A DNA stretch of 64,000 nucleotides from Macrostomum lignano (lineage: Eukaryota). A program made the translations under genes and the position numbers. Of this stretch, positions 58,712 through 64,000 are shown one piece after another (the stretch's first letter is position 1; every line of letters starts with the position of its first letter). The DNA is taken from the NCBI GenBank assembly GCA_002269645.1, contig NIVC01000272.1:186001-250000 (forward strand), in the 5' to 3' direction. The notes under the pieces are model-generated. The model saw only the letters and a program-made list of their open reading frames with translations. It was not told the DNA's origin and ran no database searches.

Positions 58712-61700
58712 CGTCAGCATGGGTCAGTGTTGGTGTCAGCATGGGGTCAGTGTTGGTGTCAGCATGGGGTCAGTGTTGATGTCAGCATGGGGTCAGTGTT
58801 GGTGTCAGCATGGGGTCAGTGTTGGTGTCAGCATGGGGTCAGTGTTGATGTCAGCATGGGGTCAGTGTTGGTGTCAGCATGGGGTCAGTGTTGGTGTCAG
58901 CATGGGTCAGTGTTGGTGTCAGCATGGGGTCAGTGTTGGTGTCAGCATGGGTCAGTGTTGGTGTCAGCATGGGGTCAGTGTTGGCGTCAGCATGGGGTCA
59001 GTGTTGGTGTCAGCATGGGGTCAGTGTTGGCGTCAGCATGGGGTCAGTGTTGGTGTCAGCATGGGGTCAGTGTTGGTGTCAGCATGGGGTCAGTGTTGAT
59101 GTCAGCATGGGGTCAGTGTTGGTGTCAGCATGGGGTCAGTGTTGGTGTCAGCATGGGGTCAGTGTTGGTGTCAGCATGGGGTCAGTGTTGGCGTCAGCAT
59201 GGGGTCAGTGTTGGTGTCAGCATGGGGTCAGTGTTGGTGTCAGCATGGGGTCAGTGTTGGCGTCAGCATGGGGTCAGTGTTGGCGTCAGCATGGGGTCAG
59301 TGTTGGTGTCAGCATGGGGTCAGTGTTGGCGTCAGCATGGGGTCAGTGTTGGAGTCAGCATGGGGTCAGTGTTGGCGTCAGCATGGGGTCAGTGTTGGTG
59401 TCAGCATGGGGTCAGTGTTGGTGTCAGCATGGGGTCAGTGTTGATGTCAGCATGGGGTCAGTGTTGGTGTCAGCATGGGGTCAGTGTTGGCGTCAGCATG
59501 GGGTCAGTGTTGGTGTCAGCATGGGGTGAGTGTTGGCGTCAGCATGGGGTCAGTGTTGGTGTCAGCATGGGGTCAGTGTTGGCGTCAGCATGGGGTCAGT
59601 GTTGGTGTCAGCATGGGGTCAGTGTTGGCGTCAGCATGGGGTCAGTGTTGGCGTCAGCATGGGGTCAGTGTTGGCGTCAGCATGGGGTCAGTGTTGGTGT
59701 CAGCATGGGGTCAGTGTTGGCGTCAGCATGGGGTCAGTGTTGGCGTCAGCATGGGGTCAGTTTTGGCGTCAGCATGGGGTCAGTGTTGGCGTCAGCATGG
59801 GGTCAGTGTTGGCGTCAGCATGGGGTCAGTGTTGGTGTCAGCATGGGGTCAGTGTTGGTGTCAGTGTTGGTGTCAGCATGGGTCAGTGTTGGCGTCAGCA
59901 TGGGGTCAGTGTTGGTGTCAGTGTTGGAGTCAGCATGGGTCAGTGTTGGCGTCAGCATGGGTCAGTGTTAGTGTCAGCATGGGGTCAGTGTTGGTGTCAG
60001 CATGGGGTCAGTGTTGATGTCAGCATGGGGTCAGTGTTGGTGTCAGCATGGGGTCAGTGTTGGCGTCAGCATGGGGTCAGTGTTGGTGTCAGCATGGGGT
60101 GAGTGTTGGCGTCAGCATGGGGTCAGTGTTGGTGTCAGCATGGGGTCAGTGTTGGCGTCAGTATGGGGTCAGTGTTGGTGTCAGCATGGGGTCAGTGTTG
60201 GCGTCAGCATGGGGTCAGTGTTGGCGTCAGCATGGGGTCAGTGTTGGCGTCAGCATGGGGTCAGTGTTGGTGTCAGCATGGGGTCAGTGTTGGTGTCAGC
60301 ATGGGGTCAGTGTTGGTGTCAGCATGGGGTCAGTGTTGATGTCAGCATGGGGTCAGTGTTGGTGTCAGCATGGGGTCAGTGTTAACGTCAGCATGGGGTC
60401 AGTGTTAACGTCAGCATGGGGTCAGTGTTGGTGTCAGCATGGGGTCAGTGTTGGTGTCAGCATGGGGTCAGTGTTGGAGTCAGCATGGGGTCAGTGTTGG
60501 TGTCAGCATGGGGTCAGTGTTGGAGTCAGCATGGGGTCAGTGTTGGTGTCAGCATAGGGTCAGTGTTGGTGTCAGCATGGGGTCAGTGTTGGTGTCAGCA
60601 TGGGGTCAGTGTTGGAGTCAGCATGGGGTCAGTGTTGGCGTCAGCATGGGGTCAGTGTTGGTGTCAGCATGGGGTCAGTGTTGGTGTCAGCATGGGGTCA
60701 GTGTTGATGTCAGCATGGGGTCAGTGTTGGTGTCAGCATGGGGTCAGTGTTGGTGTCAGCATGGGGTCAGTGTTGGCGTCAGCATGGGGTCAGTGTTGGT
60801 GTCAGCATGGGGTCAGTGTTGGCGTCAGCATGGGGTCAGTGTTGGCGTCAGCATGGGGTCAGTGTTGGTGTCAGCATGGGGTCAGTGTTGGTGTCAGCAT
60901 GGGTCAGTGTTGGTGTCAGCATGGGGTCAGTGTTGGTGTCAGCATGGGTCAGTGTTGGTGTCAGCATGGGGTCAGTGTTGGTGTCAGCATGGGGTCAGTG
61001 TTGGTGTCAGCATGGGGTCAGTGTTGGCGTCAGCATGGGGTCAGTGTTGGTGTCAGCATGGGGTCAGTGTTGGTGTCAGCATGGGGTCAGTGTTGATGTC
61101 AGCATGGGGTCAGTGTTGGTGTCAGCATGGGGTCAGTGTTGGTGTCAGCATGGGGTCAGTGTTGGTGTCAGCATGGGGTCAGTGTTGGCGTCAGCATGGG
61201 GTCAGTGTTGGTGTCAGCATGGGGTCAGTGTTGGTGTCAGCATGGGGTCAGTGTTGGCGTCAGCATGGGGTCAGTGTTGGCGTCAGCATGGGGTCAGTGT
61301 TGGTGTCAGCATGGGGTCAGTGTTGGCGTCAGCATGGGGTCAGTGTTGGAGTCAGCATGGGGTCAGTGTTGGCGTCAGCATGGGGTCAGTGTTGGTGTCA
61401 GCATGGGGTCAGTGTTGGTGTCAGCATGGGGTCAGTGTTGATGTCAGCATGGGGTCAGTGTTGGTGTCAGCATGGGGTCAGTGTTGGCGTCAGCATGGGG
61501 TCAGTGTTGGTGTCAGCATGGGGTGAGTGTTGGCGTCAGCATGGGGTCAGTGTTGGTGTCAGCATGGGGTCAGTGTTGGCGTCAGCATGGGGTCAGTGTT
61601 GGTGTCAGCATGGGGTCAGTGTTGGCGTCAGCATGGGGTCAGTGTTGGCGTCAGCATGGGGTCAGTGTTGGCGTCAGCATGGGGTCAGTGTTGGTGTCAG

Positions 61701-64000
61701 CATGGGGTCAGTGTTGGCGTCAGCATGGGGTCAGTGTTGGCGTCAGCATGGGGTCAGTTTTGGCGTCAGCATGGGGTCAGTGTTGGCGTCAGCATGGGGT
61801 CAGTGTTGGCGTCAGCATGGGGTCAGTGTTGGTGTCAGCATGGGGTCAGTGTTGGTGTCAGTGTTGGTGTCAGCATGGGTCAGTGTTGGCGTCAGCATGG
61901 GGTCAGTGTTGGTGTCAGTGTTGGAGTCAGCATGGGTCAGTGTTGGCGTCAGCATGGGTCAGTGTTAGTGTCAGCATGGGGTCAGTGTTGGTGTCAGCAT
62001 GGGGTCAGTGTTGATGTCAGCATGGGGTCAGTGTTGGTGTCAGCATGGGGTCAGTGTTGGCGTCAGCATGGGGTCAGTGTTGGTGTCAGCATGGGGTGAG
62101 TGTTGGCGTCAGCATGGGGTCAGTGTTGGTGTCAGCATGGGGTCAGTGTTGGCGTCAGTATGGGGTCAGTGTTGGTGTCAGCATGGGGTCAGTGTTGGCG
62201 TCAGCATGGGGTCAGTGTTGGCGTCAGCATGGGGTCAGTGTTGGCGTCAGCATGGGGTCAGTGTTGGTGTCAGCATGGGGTCAGTGTTGGTGTCAGCATG
62301 GGGTCAGTGTTGGTGTCAGCATGGGGTCAGTGTTGATGTCAGCATGGGGTCAGTGTTGGTGTCAGCATGGGGTCAGTGTTAACGTCAGCATGGGGTCAGT
62401 GTTAACGTCAGCATGGGGTCAGTGTTGGTGTCAGCATGGGGTCAGTGTTGGTGTCAGCATGGGGTCAGTGTTGGAGTCAGCATGGGGTCAGTGTTGGTGT
62501 CAGCATGGGGTCAGTGTTGGAGTCAGCATGGGGTCAGTGTTGGTGTCAGCATAGGGTCAGTGTTGGTGTCAGCATGGGGTCAGTGTTGGTGTCAGCATGG
62601 GGTCAGTGTTGGAGTCAGCATGGGGTCAGTGTTGGCGTCAGCATGGGGTCAGTGTTGGTGTCAGCATGGGGTCAGTGTTGGTGTCAGCATGGGGTCAGTG
62701 TTGATGTCAGCATGGGGTCAGTGTTGGTGTCAGCATGGGGTCAGTGTTGGTGTCAGCATGGGGTCAGTGTTGGCGTCAGCATGGGGTCAGTGTTGGTGTC
62801 AGCATGGGGTCAGTGTTGGCGTCAGCATGGGGTCAGTGTTGGCGTCAGCATGGGGTCAGTGTTGGTGTCAGCATGGGGTCAGTGTTGATGTCAGCATGGG
62901 GTCAGTGTTGGTGTCAGCATGGGGTCAGTGTTGGCGTCAGCATGGGGTCAGTGTTGGTGTCAGCATGGGGTGAGTGTTGGTGTCAGCATGGGGTCAGTGT
63001 TGGTGTCAGCATGGGGTCAGTGTTGGCGTCAGCATGGGGTCAGTGTTGGTGTCAGCATGGGGTCAGTGTTGGCGTCAGCATGGGGTCAGTGTTGGCGTCA
63101 GCATGGGGTCAGTGTTGGCGTCAGCATGGGGTCAGTGTTGGTGTCAGCATGGGGTCAGTGTTGGTGTCAGCATGGGGTCAGTGTTGGTGTCAGCATGGGG
63201 TCAGTGTTGATGTCAGCATGGGGTCAGTGTTGGTGTCAGCATGGGGTCAGTGTTGGTGTCAGCATGGGGTCAGTGTTAACGTCAGCATGGGGTCAGTGTT
63301 GGTGTCAGCATGGGGTCAGTGTTGGTGTCAGCATAGGGTCAGTGTTGGTGTCAGCATGGGGTCAGTGTTGGTGTCAGCATGGGGTCAGTGTTGGAGTCAG
63401 CATGGGGTCAGTGTTGGTGTCAGCATAGGGTCAGTGTTGGTGTCAGCATGGGGTCAGTGTTGGTGTCAGCATGGGGTCAGTGTTGGAGTCAGCATGGGGT
63501 CAGTGTTGGCGTCAGCATGGGGTCAGTGTTGGTGTCAGCATGGGGTCAGTGTTGGTGTCAGCATGGGGTCAGTGTTGATGTCAGCATGGGGTCAGTGTTG
63601 GTGTCAGCATGGGGTCAGTGTTGGCGTCAGCATGGGGTCAGTGTTGGTGTCAGCATGGGGTCAGTGTTGGAGTCAGCATGGGGTCAGTGTTGGTGTCAGC
63701 ATGGGGTCAGTGTTGGTGTCAGCATGGGGTCAGTGTTGGTGTCAGCATGGGGTCAGTGTTGGCGTCAGCATGGGGTCAGTGTTGGCGTCAGCATGGGGTC
63801 AGTGTTGGCGTCAGCATGGGGTCAGTGTTGGCGTCAGCATGGGGTCAGTGTTGGTGTCAGCATGGGGTCAGTGTTGGCGTCAGCATGGGGTCAGTGTTGG
63901 CGTCAGCATGGGGTCAGTGTTGGCGTCAGCATGGGGTCAGTGTTGGTGTCAGCATGGGGTCAGTGTTGGTGTCAGTGTTGGTGTCAGCATGGGTCAGTGT
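58712..64000. repeat. 23-bp satellite (gtcagcatggggtcagtgttggt), about 230 copies, inside the last PITP intron, with a 1997-bp higher-order duplication; runs off the window
   Basis: Direct inspection; diagnostic variants recur at exactly +1997 (59761/61758, 60161/62158, 60384/62381). Confidence 0.98.

Noticed and set aside
58382-63428. Long + strand ORFs (up to 529 aa) of GSVLVSAWGQCWCQHGVS repeats
   Set aside because: These are translations of the stop-poor 23-bp satellite. The real gene here is the PITP exon on the - strand.

Overview
Eukaryotic (animal) genomic DNA. GC-rich exons set in minisatellite-packed introns are typical of the flatworm Macrostomum; this taxon call is an inference. 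The window holds a complete alpha-neurexin gene on the + strand, which I spliced by hand into 16 coding exons (3178..56498). All introns are GT-AG with consistent phases, and the CDS is 4767 nt (1588 aa). The architecture is signal peptide, [LNS-EGF-LNS]x3, Cys-loop stalk, TM helix, EGSYxVDE motif and C-terminal KEWYV PDZ ligand. The last coding exon of a convergent class I phosphatidylinositol-transfer protein (PITP) gene lies on the - strand (58519..58686). Intron 1 contains a 5'-truncated RNase H/CCHC-type LINE inside a minisatellite, and intron 4 contains a probable tRNA-Glu-derived SINE. Tandem repeats cover roughly 45-50% of the window by my rough tally, and nearly all long ORFs in the supplied track are artefacts of them. 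The main leads are: (1) many intronic minisatellites are amplified copies or mimics of the neighbouring splice signal, with donors amplified near 5' intron ends and branch/acceptor motifs near 3' ends; (2) an Arg-rich, furin-like insert in the neuroligin-binding LNS6 domain; (3) a candidate in-frame micro-exon at the position of vertebrate splice site 2; (4) two inverted satellite arrays sharing a 19-bp core that bracket exons 2-3.
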